A stretch of DNA of 64,000 bases from assembly GCF_009914755.1 (NCBI RefSeq), contig NC_060935.1; one strand, 5' to 3'. The stretch comes from the human T2T-CHM13v2.0 reference genome, Homo sapiens. Below, piece after piece: positions 18,546 through 32,530 of this stretch (its first letter is position 1; every line of letters starts with the position of its first letter). The notes beneath the pieces were generated by a model. It saw nothing but the letters and a program-made list of their open reading frames with translations, searched no databases and had not been told where the DNA came from. The translations under genes and the position numbers were made by a program.

Positions 18546-20689
18546 GTGGTCTAGAATCTGTGTGCCCAATAAAGTAGTGTATGAGATATTAGGACATGCA
18601 ATACACAGTCTCTGTTTTCAAGTTGCTTGTGGCCTAGGTAGATACTTAGTAATATGCAGACAAAACTCTAATACACAAAGAAAAAAGGCACTGAAGCAGA
18701 AATTAAGTTTGAATCTTTGCCTGCAGTGATTTGCCTGTGAATAGGATTTCAGTGACCAATAAAAATTACCCTGCTCCTTTATGGTGAGTTGTCATAAAGT
18801 ATATGTGCCCCTGCCTTTTCTTGTATCTTCTAGTAGCAAAAGAACACAAGGCTGCAGCTTAAAAGTCCAGAATGTAGTCTCTTCAGTTTCCCTCAACTGT
18901 GACAGGTTAGTGGGGAGCAATAATTCAAAAGGATCTTTCTAGAGGTAATCTTGCAAAATTCTTAGAAAAATCTAAATTGCAAAGTGAATGTACAAGGGGG
19001 TAATTGTGCAAGCATCTTCAGCCCAAGATGCTTCAAAAATACTGAGTCATCACCAAGGCCAGAAAAATAGACCTTATCTTATATAACCACACACTGAACT
19101 TAAAATATGTAAAGGGAAATTAAAAATTTTTTGCATATTACACAAAACAAGTCCCTGAGAAGCCAGAGAATGATATCTTGGCTAAAGGAGTATTTGATGT
19201 TAGTTGAACTGTAAATTTTTAGGAATTTAATATTGATTACAGTTATATGCAAAGAGGACATGAGGAATGTGATGGGCTGCCATCAGCCAGGAGAGACTGT
19301 TGTACTTGGAACCATAAGAAACATGTGTGAGTGGTCAGGGTGCTGAAAGAATAGGACTGAAATGGGCTGTCAAGAATGCATGAATGATTAATGTGTAAGT
19401 GCAGTGATGTGGATTGGAATATATTGCAAATTTGATTGAGTGGGAAAAGTGGGAGGGGAGACTTAGTGCCTCTAAATGTATGTGGGATTGTTTTAATATC
19501 ATGCATTAATAGATACTAGCCAGATCCATTAAGAGGTTGTCACCAAGACTCATCAATTTTTCTTACCTTATATTTCTTGTATTCACTCTTCATTTCCTCT
19601 GCCTTTTCTCTAGTTTGGACCACACATTTCATGTCTTGGCTATTTCAATAGTTTTCCAGTTAATCAACATGACTAGTATTCCCCAAATTGGGTTAACAAC
19701 ATCTAAAACCACCAGGTCAGTATTTCTAAAACAACACTTTTCTATCTTAATCCTTCATTGTCCTTCTCCCCAACCCCCCAATATTACCCAGAATAGTGGG
19801 TTTCAAACTGTGTCCTACGATCATACATAGAATGCTCCAGAAAGAGAGATTATGTTTGTTTTTACTCAACGAATATCTTTCTATCACTTAGCACAATGTG
19901 GAGGCAGAAATATTCAATGAATATTTGTTGAATGAGTGAACGAGGTGGCTCATTGGTTGCTGGGAAATGGAATTAGAGAAAGACAAGAAATTGGATTCTG
20001 GGGCTCCTACTTCCTATCAAATCAGCAGCTCCATTATTATCTGCTTATTATGTAGGTGTTTTGAGTAAGTTTTGTCTGAAAAAGAGTCCTGTTGCTCTAA
20101 GTATTTGAAAGCCAATTAACTAAAAATATTTTAACTCGTACACCTAACATACAAATCCTAAATTAATCTTTCAAAGGAACCTGCTAGTACTCCCCAAAAT
20201 ACAGAGAATATAATGTGGTTTGTTGTTGTTGTTGTTGTTGCTTCTGCTGTTTTTTTTTTTTGTTAAATGTTTTTTTGTCCAGCAATCCTCTCCAAAACCC
20301 CATGGGTCTATGGGGCTGCCATATTTGTTAGTATATGATCCCATTCCTGAGAAATAGGTTTTGACCCAGGCCTGGCCTGTTATAATGTCTTGACATCCAG
20401 GCCTGAATTTGTTTGTGGGTAGATACCTGACCCCAGCTGGGCCATTTGTTATCCTTTCCTGGGATTTTAAACAGTTTTTATCAGAAACCAAGCAATAACA
20501 ATCTGATCATTTCTGTGGCTAACGTTTTTCCCCCGGTGGCTAACATTAAGAGAAACTCTTCATGATCAGATTTCCCAGTGTTTGGAGAAGCAAACTAGAG
20601 TGGAAGAGTCAGAAGCAAAGATCCAGAAAGATGGAGATATGAGAGACAGAGAGAGCATCCTACTGGTATTTGAGTTCATTTCCAAGGCT

Positions 20690-21123
20690 GTCGAAGGTTG
20701 GGTTTTACTGAAACAGTCCCTGTGATAGAATTTGTGGTGTAGGATATTTATTAGGGACCAGCACTTATGGGAAGGAGGAAGAGAAAGCAAGATTGGGAAG
20801 AGGAAGAAACTGAACTCAATGCAAGTCTGACAACTCCACAGAGAATTATTGAGCATAATAAGTCCATTGAGCATAAATGGCCCATTGAAATTGTGCTGCA
20901 TGAGCTGAGATGTTCTGGCCTTTATACTTCCACAGTGATTAGTCACTGGATATGGGCTACCCAGGGAAGGGCAAGCTCTTGGACAAGGCAACTCTCAGCA
21001 GCTGAGGCAAACCCTGAAGTAGATGATAGATGAAGGCTGTCTACTGACCACATGGCCAGCATCTGGGAAAACATATTGTTCTGTGAAAGGGTATCTGAGC
21101 GGCACTTCTCCATGTCCACCATG
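20690..21123 (-). mobile_element. ERVL LTR16-like solo LTR
   Basis: ggttgggtttt...tttattagggacc...aagcaagattgggaagaggaagaaactgaact...ggcctttatacttccac. Confidence 0.6.
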
Positions 21124-21214
21124 TAGGCCCACCTTTACCCTGCCTTCAACATGTTTGATCTTCAACTTCTTTTAATGATGTGAGATATTCCAATATGCTT
21201 CCAATACATTTCCT

Positions 21215-22332
21215 TTTTTTTTGTTTTTTCGCATTCTTTTTTTATTATGATTATACTTAAGTTCTGGGATACATGTGCAGAATGTGCAGGTTTGTTACAT
21301 AGCTATACATGTGCCATGGAGGTTTGCTGCACCCATCAACCCATCATCTATATTAGGTATTTCTCCTAATGTTATCCCTCCCCTAGCCCCCCACCCCCCT
21401 CATAGGCCATAGTGTGTGATGTTCCCCTTCCTGTGCCCGTGTGTTCTCATTGTTCAACTCCCACTTATGAGTGAGAGCATGTGGTGTCTGGTTTTCTGTT
21501 CCTGTGTTAGTTTGCTGAGAATGATGGTTTCCAGCTTCATCCATGTCCCTACAAAGGACATGAACTCATCCTTTTTTATGGCTGCATAGTATTGCATGGT
21601 GTATATGCGCCACATTTTCTTTATCCAATCTATCATTGATGGGCATTTGGATTGGTTCCAAGTCTTTGCTATTGTGAACAGTGCTGTTATAAACATACGT
21701 GTGCATGTGTCTTTATAGTAGAATGATTTATAATCCTTTGGGTATGTACCCAGTAATGAGATTGCTGGGTCAAATGGTATTTCTGGTTCTAGATGCTTGA
21801 GGAATTGCCACACTGTCTTCCACAATGGTTGAACTAATTTACACTCCCACCAACAGTGTAAAAGCATTCCTATTTCTGTACTTCCTCTCCAGCATCCGTT
21901 GTTTCCTAAATTTTTAATGATCACCCTTCTAACTGGTGTGAGATGGTATCTCATTGTGGTTTTGATTTGCATTTTTCTAATGACCAGTGATGATGAGCTT
22001 TTTTTCATGTTTGTTGGCCGCATAAATGTCTTCTTTTGAGAAGTGTCTGTTCATATCCTTCACCGACTTTTTGATGGGGTTGTTTGTTTTTTTCTTGTAA
22101 ATTTGTTTATGCTCCTTATAGATTCTGTATATTAGCCCTTCATCATATGGATAGTTTGCAAAAATTTTCTCCCATTCTGTAGGTTGCCTGTTCACTCTGA
22201 TGATAGTTTCTTTTGTTGTGCCAAAGCTCTTTAGTTTAATTAGATCTCATTTGTCAATTTTGACTTTTGTTGCCGTTGCTTTTGGTGTTTTAGTCATGAA
22301 GTCTTTGCCTATGCCTATGTCCTGGATGGTAT
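21215..22332 (-). mobile_element. 5'-truncated L1PA (~1.1 kb 3' end; roughly L1PA7/8 age)
   Basis: ttatacttaagttctgggatacatgtgcag 3' UTR; ORF 21454-22023 is the ORF2p C-terminus (TTMRYHLTPVR...[16 protein letters not shown]); flanks share atacattt(t)cc. Confidence 0.97.
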
Positions 22333-22461
22333 ACATTTCCATTTTTTAAAAAATCAAGGTCAAGTTAGATTGTTGTCACTTGCTATGAACATCCTGACTG
22401 ATATCCTTCAGCCAGCCAGATTGCCCTCCAGAATACTCTTCTATCCTTTTGGTTTTGAAAT

Positions 22462-22463
<2 letters not shown>

Positions 22464-22515
<52 letters not shown>
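22464..22515. repeat. (GT)n microsatellite, ~26 perfect units
   Basis: Direct reading. Confidence 0.98.
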
Positions 22516-22519
<4 letters not shown>

Positions 22520-22525
22520 CTCTAC

Positions 22526-23195
<670 letters not shown>

Positions 23196-23800
23196 TCTAT
23201 ACAGTCATTCGTGTGACAAATACTTCCAGTGTACCCACCATGGATCAGGCAAGAATCTAAACCCTCCCTTTCCTAAAGCTTCAGCCCACTGCCTTTCTTC
23301 GCACACGACTCCTTATGAAGTCTGCTCTCCTTTGAATGACAATAGCACTCACATTCCTCATCACCTCTACCATTCGTCCAGCACTACTTTGTCTTCCACT
23401 GGATGGCTGGCCTCTGGCAGAACTGTTTTTTGTGACACTGTTTTATGAAATAATGGGTCTCAAATGAAGGATGGGGTGAGAAAAATTCCATGGGACTTTG
23501 TCCCAACCTCTAAGGATGTTGTTCACTACATTGCAGTGTTCTTTCTACAAGACCCTCAGGAGATATTTCTTTTCTATCTCAATATCAATACCACATGTGC
23601 TTCTGAATAACTGCTTGGTTTTTATCTCACTACCTTGTGAACTGTGCAACTGGCTAAATTTCTCTTTTCACATTGGCTGCTGGATAACTCAAGCCAAACT
23701 TGCACACCCTTAGCAAATGTGTAACATACTATGTCAGATGCCAGTAACTGTTACCTCCAGGTCATTGAGACTGAGGACGTGATTGTTTGTTTAAGTGTGT

Positions 23801-24157
23801 TGATATGGTTTGGCTGTGTCCCCACCAAAATCTCACCTTGAGTTGTAATAATCCTCACATGTCAAGCATGGAGCCGGGGGGGATAACTGAATCATGGGGG
23901 CACTTTCCCCCATACTGTTCTCATGGTAGTAAGTAAGTCTCAGAAGATCTGACGGTTTTATAGAGGGGCATTCCCCTGCACAAGCTCTTTTGCCTGCTGC
24001 CATGTAAGATGTCCCTTTGCTCTCTGACTTTGTCTTCTACCATGATTGTCTGGCCTCCCCAGCCATGTAGAACTGTGAGTCCATTAAACCTCTTTCCTTT
24101 ATAAGTTACCCAGTTTTGGTTATGTCTTTATTAGCAGCATGAGAACAGACCAACACA
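23801..24157 (+). mobile_element. THE1-type MaLR solo LTR (THE1B/C-like)
   Basis: TGatatggtttggctgtgtcccc...aactgtgagtccattaaacctctttcc...gagaacagaccaaCA(CA). Confidence 0.92.
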
Positions 24158-24182
24158 TGGGGTTTCTTAAAAATTTAACCTG

Positions 24183-24538
<356 letters not shown>

Positions 24539-24649
24539 TCAAACATACTCACCCCCTGTTGTAAACATCACTTGTCACTTCATATATGTATGCACACGCT
24601 GGCCCCCTTGAAGTTCTTTGATTTTATTATTCTTCCTCTATAGCTTGCA

Positions 24650-24790
24650 TTAAAAAAATTTTTAAGAATAATATTTTTAATTTAACCCACCGTATTCAAA
24701 ATGTTATCATATCAACTTGCAATCAATGCAGAAAAAAAGTATTAATGAGATATTTTTCATTTTTTTGTACTAAACCTTTAGAGTCCAATC
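24650..24790. mobile_element. MER33-like hAT-Charlie fragment
   Basis: aatatttttaatttaaccca...tattaatgagatattt...gtactaaacctt. Confidence 0.6.
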
Positions 24791-24794
24791 TGTT

Positions 24795-25225
24795 TTTTAT
24801 TGTTGTAAAACATATATAACATAAAATTGACCTTTTAACCATTTTTAAGTATACAGTTTACTGAAATTAAGTACATTCGCATTGTTGTGCAACCATCACC
24901 ACTATCTACCAGCAGAACTTTTTCATCTTTCCAAGAGAAAACTCCATACCATTAAACAATAACTCCTCATACTCCCCTCTCCCCAGCCCATGGCAACCAC
25001 CATTCTATTTTCTGTCTCTATGAATTTGACTTCTCCAAATACCTCATGTAAGAGGAATTGTACACCATTTGTCCTTTTGCGTCTAGCTTATTTTACTCAG
25101 CATAATGTCCTCAAGATTCGTCAGCGTTGTGGCATGTGTAAGAACCTCCTTCCTTTTAAGGCTGAATAATATTTGATTTATATATATTCCATATTCCACG
25201 TTTTGTTTATCTATTCATCTACGGT
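24795..25225 (-). mobile_element. L1MA/MB 3'-end fragment
   Basis: gtaaaacatatataacataaaattgacc...ttgttgtgcaaccatcaccacta...ggcaaccaccattctattttctgtctctatgaatttgac. Confidence 0.85.
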
Positions 25226-26382
25226 TTCCATTTTTATATTAGCCAATTTTATGTTGTTGCCCTTGTTTTCTCTGTAAACTGCCTTTAATTATTTTATGAG
25301 CAGTGTGCAGCTTAAATACATTCATAGTTTTCATCTTCAATAAGACAATAAGCTCCTTAAAGGTAGTGTCCAACACATGTTTTGCACAAAGGGGATGTTT
25401 GACACGTGTGTTCATTGGCACAAGTAACACTCTGTTCTAACCTATAGGTGAGGTGAATGCAGTGGGGAGTCAGGGGATGCCTGCACCTTGGCTTGGGGTG
25501 ATGTAGAACACAGAACGTTTGTGTCCCTGTGTCCAAGCCTTTGGTAATCTTATCTATATGTTCTATGCTCCTGCATTTACTTTTCTTCCCCAATATCTTT
25601 TTAATGATCATTTTAGTAACAGTACTGTCAACATATATTACACTGAAAATGCTGAAAGGAGTCCCTTTGGAAGGAGGCACACAGGCTGAAAAATTGCTCT
25701 TCTTATTTTCCTCTCCTTGCTATTCCAGCCTCAACTGCTCTTCTTGGTGGAGACAACCACTATGGGACCAGAGTAGATTAAAATATAAGGCTGCTTTAAT
25801 GGTAAAAAGTTTCCCAGTATTCAAATTCAGTGAAAAATGCCCTTAAGCTTTAAAATATAGAGATATAATTCAGTGATTTTTGGGGAAAACCTTTAAACAG
25901 CAATCTAAAAAGAAAAGTTTGGAAAGAACCTATAATCAGAGCCTGGTTGTCCCAGGAGGTAAGGTTATATGGGCATGGTGGCTTCTTCTATGGTATAACT
26001 AAAGAACATGAAAGTCCTTCTGAACTTACACCCAGCAGACCAGGAGAATTTTCCCTTGTGTAGTGACACTTGATTGGCATTCATGCCAAAGGGCTCTTGT
26101 GAAATGGTTGCCTGAGCAGAGTGAGGTGGCGCTATAGTAGCACATCAACACTGATTCCCCATGTGCTCCCTGCACTGTCAGTCCCTAACAGGCAGGCATA
26201 AAGCCTCTGCTGGAGCCACTGCAGGGATGGGAGCTCAAGACCACTCATGCCTACCCTCACCTGAGTAGCCCACTGTGGTTTGGGACAGCCTTGTTGTTAG
26301 AAAAATCTTTGTTTTATTGAGACCAAAACTTTCTCTATAAACATCACCTTTGGCTTAAAATTTGCCTTAATCACATCTAATC

Positions 26383-26659
26383 TTTTTTTTTTTTTTTTTT
26401 TTTTTAAAGACAGGGTCTTGCTTCATTGCCCAAGCAAGCAAGAGTGCAGTGGTGCAATCATAGCTCACTGCAGCCTCAAACACCTGGGCTCAAGTGATCC
26501 TCCCACCTCAGCCTCCCAAGTAGCTGGAACTACAGCCATGGGCTACCATGCTTCCTGGCTAATTTTTAAATTTTTTGTAGAGATGGGAGGTCTCACTGTG
26601 TTGCCCAGGCTGGTCTTGAACTCCTGGCCCCAAGTGATCCTCCCACCTCAGCCTCCCAG
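26383..26659 (-). mobile_element. Alu (AluJ-like), slightly 5'-truncated
   Basis: Poly(T) followed by an antisense Alu. Confidence 0.95.
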
Positions 26660-26969
26660 TTCCATAAAAAGGAGAACTCACCAGGAGTTGCTGCACAGTT
26701 CATGTTCACAGGATGCACGTTCTTTCCTATTCAGCACTAAGAAAGCCATTTGCTTTACCACTGAGGTGAGGCCTGTGAACGAGTTAGGGTACAGCCCAAT
26801 ATATGGCTTCCTTTTATTTTCTTGTTTTAAAATGGCCATCTGTAGAGTCTTCTGGAAGCCACCATATGTCTCCTGTGTTCTTGACAACAACCATGAAAGG
26901 TGGGGTAGGCTGGCTCCTGTTCTGCAGATGGTGAGATGGCACATGGGGAGATGGTGTTGTACAGTGGGA

Positions 26970-27200
26970 AATGCAGGCTGAAGCCAAACAGACCTGGGTT
27001 GAATGCAAGGTCCACCAAGCATCTGGGTCCACACTCCCTGTCTGGCCTTGGCCTAGTCATTTAAACTCTCCGAGCCCAGGTTCCTCATCTATTAAGTGGG
27101 GGAAAATAATAGTAGCTACAGAACAGGGTTGTAATAACAATGAATGTATAAAGTTGTACAGCCCTAAGCTTAAAGCTTGGCTTGTGTTATTGTTGTTAAT
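26970..27200 (+). mobile_element. MIR
   Basis: cagacctgggttgaat...gccttggcctagtcatttaaactctccgagcc...ttcctcatct...aataatagtagctac. Confidence 0.7.
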
Positions 27201-28285
27201 AAACTATTCTCCACCCACTCCCTTTCATTTGAGTAAATCTGCAGCCCAAGCTTTACTCAAAAGAAAATATTTTGCATTATGGGAAAAGGGGAATTTTTAA
27301 AAAATCCCTTCTCTATGATACCTGGAGTCTGTTTTATGAACCTAGAAACTAAATATTCTTATCAACTTGGCAGGTAAATGAAAACAAAATTATGTCACAC
27401 CAAACTGAAAAGGCGAATGCATCTTTTTGCATCTGACTTTAAAAGCTGTCAGGTCTAAGCCACCTAGATTTCATTCTAATGAGGATTCAGGGCCAGCTTG
27501 TGAATCGTGAGTCATGTGCAGGCTCTGAACCCAACAGTTGGTAAGCTGGGCTTCAACAAAGAACTTAATTAAGGAGAACCACCCTCTTCCCACCCCCCAC
27601 TTATTACCACCCTCAATCCCCACCCACAAACCACAAAGGGATATGCACCTTGCACTAGGTTTTTGACCTTATTATGCACAGTGTAACATTTATTACTTCA
27701 CTCAGCACTGCTGGATGAAAACAGTCCTCTTTCAATTTACAAAAACGCACTTTACAGGAAATGTAGGAGAAAGGCCAGAGTACAGATTAATGAATGCTAT
27801 CAAATACATCCACCTGAAAGTGTCACCAATTTTGCTGTGACACAGTTCCTGGAATTGCCTCAGAGATTTAAACTTGTGGATACACCAGTATTGTATCCCC
27901 AAAGACTTTGAAAGAAGTGCAAAAATTATGTACTGTTCATAATGCATCGTCATGCTTATTTGCATGTGTGTCTGGTCTGTTCTATTCCTAGGCCCTCCAT
28001 GAACTTTGCCCCACCTGCCTCTCCCATCTCTTTCTGTCCTTCTCTGCTTCAGCCAACCTGGCCTTCTTGTTCACTGAACCAGCAAAGCTAGCCTTGCCTC
28101 AGGATATTTGCACTTGCTGTTACTTCTGCTTAGAATATCCTTTGCTTGGCTGGCTCTTTCCACCATACAGGTCTCAGCCAAAATACCACCTCCTTAGAGA
28201 AGCATTTTCTCATCACTACTATGAAGTAGCAGCCCTCAGCTTTTCTCTAGAACATACTTTTTTTTTTTTTTTTGCCTTCATTGTA

Positions 28286-28622
28286 CAGTCTTCCCTTGGT
28301 ATCTGTAAGAGATTTGTCCCAGTACCCCTGGAGGATACTAAAATCCTAGGATGCTCAAGTCCTTTATGTAAAATAGCATAGTATTTGCATATAACATACA
28401 CACATCCTCCTGTATACTTGACATCATCTCTAGATTACTTATAATACCTAATACAATGCCTACACATCATTTCATTTGCTTGAATTAAACATAGCACTTG
28501 GCATGTGGCAAATTCAAGTTTTGCTTTTTGGAACTTTGTGGAACTTTTTTTTCCCGAACATTTTTGACCCGCAGGCAGTTGAATCCATGAATGCAGAACC
28601 CACGAATGTGGAGGGCCAACTG
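28286..28622. mobile_element. MER2B-like TcMar-Tigger element
   Basis: TIRs cagtcttccctt... / ...gagggccaactg with TA on both sides (TA TSD). Confidence 0.9.
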
Positions 28623-28634
28623 TATTTACCACTA

Positions 28635-29192
28635 TGTCTCAGTGATTTTAGTTAATGGAGGTGACAACATGGAGAGGTCAATGCCATTGGAACAAGACTT
28701 ATTACTTACATTTCCCAAGAGAAGGGGATATACGACACCACGCAGGGCCACAGAGAAAGCACCAGGTTTTGGTAGGAGGCAGAAGCCAGAAAGGGGAGAG
28801 TCTAGGCCATGGTCTTTATCAGAGATTCCATGGGAAAGTCAAGACAGGGCAGAATAAATACTTTAGGACTGGCTAGTTTTGATAATTTCTGTGGGCTTTG
28901 GGCTATAAAGGTGGTCTCTAATTGCCTCATACGTGGTTCCAGGATAATTTAGGGCAGGGAAAATATTAGCTTGGTGTGTGAGAGTTAGATAAAGGGGGTA
29001 GTTGGGGATATAGACTCTGGATAGGTTGGTTGGCATGTGAAAGGAATGCCTTTCATAAGAGCTCAATCCTGAGCTTTTAACTATCTCTAAGAATTGGCTA
29101 GTGTTGCAGGAAAAGTCTCTTTCCAGACAACAAGATTTTTCAGGTGTCAAAATGTCATAAGATATACAAAATAAAAAAATATGATTAATACA
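28635..29192 (-). mobile_element. ERVL-class solo LTR (MER74-like)
   Basis: Reverse complement begins TGtattaatcatattttttt and ends ...cactgagaCA; TSD cacta/aacta. Confidence 0.75.
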
Positions 29193-29748
29193 AACTATAT
29201 GAAATAATCTCATTTATTTTTGTCTGTCTACTTTAACAGAAGGTAAGCCCCATGAAGGTAGGGACCGTGTCCTTATTGTTCATGACCATATGGCCAGCAC
29301 AAAGTAGGTGTTCAATAAATATTTGTTGCATGAATAAGGAAATACGAGCTCCTAGAGTCTGGGACTGTGTGGTCTTCACAGTTGTATCTCCCTGTTCCAA
29401 CTCCATCCTTATTCTTTCTCTAGCACAGTGCAGAATACATAGTAACTGTCATTTAAAAAGGGTTGTTGAATTAATTTGAACTGAGAAGGGTAATATACCA
29501 TTTTAATTTGTGTAGTTTAAAATAGTTTTAGCAAATGTATTCATTTGTCACAGATAAAGTGGATGGCACAAAAAATCATACATTTTAGTAAGAAGAAATA
29601 AGATCAAACAGATTCAAAACATATGCTCCTTTTAATCAGGGATTAGCAATAGCATATTCAAATATCAAGGACAACACATCATGGATTATAGTGACCCGAT
29701 CTCTGCATAAAATAGATATTTAAATTCACCTTTAAAAACAGGAGCACA

Positions 29749-29886
29749 GCCAGACAGGGTTGTATACAGCTGTAGTCCAAGCTTCTTGAGAGGCTGAGGT
29801 GGGAGGATTGCTTGAGCCCAGGAGTTTGAGTCTTGCCTGGGCAACACAGCAAGACTCTGCCTCTAAAATAATAAAAATAAATAAGT
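29749..29886 (+). mobile_element. FLAM (Alu monomer)
   Basis: Single Alu arm plus an A-rich tail. Confidence 0.9.
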
Positions 29887-30864
29887 AAATAGGAATGTAA
29901 TATACCAAGATGTTAAAAGCATTAATCTCTAGACAGCAGGAGAAGTATCTTTTTAGTTTTCCACATTTTCCTTATTTTTTACAATGAATGTACATGACTT
30001 TTAAAATAAGAAAAAAAATCATTCAAAAGAAATTAGCACTTTGGTTATATTTTATTCTGACTTCCTCATTAGAGTATGCCAGCAGATTAATAGAACTAAC
30101 AAAGGAGCCTAAATTCTGCAACATTTTTTTCTAGCTCCTTTTTTATTTATTTATGCCTCAGAAGCAATGTGAATTCTCAAATTATCCTTTATTAAATCTA
30201 ATCAGAGTTTTGATGGACTCCAACAAACGAGAGCACAGCATGTTAGTTACCATGTCATGCAAGAACAGAAAATAACCTGGTAGATTCTCCATGTCCCGCT
30301 ACCAATGTCAGCCCTGCCAACGATCCTTACTGACGTTCCCAAAACTGACATTCCCCTTTCATTGATGTCACTGAATCAGGAAGCCGAAAAGCTGTTGCAA
30401 AATGACTGTTTCTATTGCAAAGGTTTAAAACTTTAGAGATTGAAAGGTTAAAGTTAAAAATATGTATTTTAATTTGAACAACAGATGGCCTTGGAGTGAC
30501 TACAAGGCTGAATTAACTCTCAAGTCTCTATGGCTGTTTGTGGAAAGAAAAAATAAAAAAGACAACCAAAACCCTTAAAAAGCCCACACTGGAACACACA
30601 GCTCAAGTGCTGGTGACATCAGCAGAATCTCTCTGTTGAATTAGAGTCCCGAATTTGGCTTCAGAGCCATCTGTTAGCCTCCAGATAGAATAATCTTCTA
30701 TGAAATTATACTGCATAGTTTCACTAATGAACATTTCCAATTGTCAGGGCCTCAGTCTCATAGCTGTCCCACCTCTTGGAGCCTCCATGGCTCCCTGAGC
30801 CCCTGTGATACACGGAGGGATCCTACTTGCTAAAGTTCACAATGGATCTGTCCTTTGAAAAGAT

Positions 30865-31150
30865 GTGTCTTATCTTAGATTGAGTTCTATGAAAACAGTC
30901 TTTGAGATGGAGAGCTGCATGCAGAAGGTTTATTAGAAAGTGCTCTTGGGAAATACAGCTATAAGGAAATGAGGAAGGCTGCATTGTGCAAAGGGAAAAG
31001 CTGACCTACAAGGCAGTTCTAACTCAGGCCTTGCTGTCCTGTGGCGAGCTCTGTTGCTGGGAAGGGCCGTCAGAGTTGTCCCAGATTGAATCACAGAATC
31101 TTGGGTCTTTGCATCTTCATATCAGCTGTCATTGGATATCGGCTGCTCCC
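30865..31150 (-). mobile_element. ERVL LTR16-like fragment
   Basis: tcttagattgagttct...tgagatggag...gtttattagaaagtgctcttggga. Confidence 0.55.
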
Positions 31151-31197
31151 TGAGAAAATATTTAGTAAATGATTGCTTTATTATTATTACTATTGTT

Positions 31198-31552
31198 TGC
31201 TCTAGACTGAATGTTTGTGTCCCCTCAAAATTAATATGTCGAAACCTAACCCCCAAGGTGATGGTATTAGGAGGTGGAGCTGTGGGGAACTGGTTAGGTC
31301 ATGAACATAGGGCCCTCATGATGGAATTAGTGCCCTTATAAGGTGCTAATAACTCTGGTCACCCTTTCACCATGTGAGAACACAGCAAGGTGGCACTGTT
31401 GATGAGCCAGAAGGCAGGCCCTCACCAGACACCACCAAATCTGCCTTGATCTTGGACAGCCCGGCCTCCAGAGCTGTGTGAAATAAATTTCTGTTGCTTA
31501 TAAGGTACCCAGTTTATAATATTTTGTTATGAGGGTCAAATGGGCTAAGATA
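31198..31552 (+). mobile_element. MaLR solo LTR (MLT1A-like)
   Basis: TGctctagactgaatgtttgtgtcccctcaaaatt...aaataaatttctgttgcttataag...gggctaaga. Confidence 0.88.
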
Positions 31553-32359
31553 TTATTAATCCCAAAGTGAGTGGATCCTTCTGCTCAACACCAGGCACCA
31601 GTTGGGGAGCTTTGGGGCCATTTGTATGGGTGATGAGGAAGGATAAAGGGCTGAGTAGAACACAAGTCAGATGTGCAGTGCTGGAATTAACAGAAAGGCA
31701 ATGTCACCCTGGCATGCCTATGCACATGTACGGAATATCAAAATGTGGGGAGAAGGCAGCCACCCTACCCAGCAGCGATGAAGTCCTAGAGTCTACTGGC
31801 TTGGGCATCTTGCTGCTCTAACCAGAAAGCTCCGCGTCTGGGCTGCTGCCAGAGTGGGTATAAGTAGTCCCTTTTTAGGCAGAACATTATCTAGATTGGA
31901 TTACATGCTTGTAAACTGATCAGTGCATCTTCATATGCTGTCAAGCATCTGAGTTCAAACAATTGAACTATTTTAATAAGATTAGCAACTTGGCCCTTTC
32001 CTATAGTTTTTCTCTCTACAGGATTCCATTCAGAATCCTCTGGAGAAGAGTGTCTTAGGGAAGTAGTAGGATTTCAGGATGCCCTGCATCTGCCTTCCTG
32101 AGGCAGATACAGCTAAAAAAGACCTTCATGTCCACTAGAACCACCTGTACACCCCAAAATGTGCCAGAGAAATGTGCCCAAAGTCAAGGGAGTGGTATTG
32201 TGGACAGGAGGTTTAATAGGATTAATATGTATTCTTGGTTGGTAAACCTTGCAATGAGTGTGCTTATAACTCACCCATGGATTGAGAGCCAATCTCTGCC
32301 TCCAAAGGCTAGAGTGTAAAAAATGGCCAGATGGCCAATAATGAGGCAGAATTTCATAA

Positions 32360-32530
32360 TAATATAATGATTAAGGGTTTGAAATAAAGGTTATGGAATT
32401 GCACAGATCTGCTTTTCAAATTTCAGTTCCTCCACTTACTAATTTTGAAAACTTGATGAAGTGATTTAACATCTCTAAATCTTACTAGTTTCCTCCTCTT
32501 TAAAGTGGGATAACAATGCCTACTTGTGGC
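32360..32530 (+). mobile_element. MIR fragment
   Basis: cagttcctccacttactaa...aagtgatttaacatctct...gtttcctcctctttaaagtgggataa. Confidence 0.65.

Larger units (their letters stand above)
28000..29337 (+). mobile_element. L2 3' region split by MER2B and a MER74-like LTR
   Basis: ctggccttcttgttcactgaac...tttgcacttgctgtt; resumes gtaagccccatgaaggtagggacc...taggtgttcaataaatatttgtt. Confidence 0.7.

Noticed and set aside
21454-22195. 189-aa and 72-aa ORFs
   Set aside because: C-terminal L1 ORF2p fragments in a 5'-truncated, frameshifted L1PA with no promoter.
27228-27261. 10-bp inverted repeat tttgagtaaa / tttactcaaa with a 14-nt spacer
   Set aside because: Short and AT-rich; plausible by chance in 64 kb.
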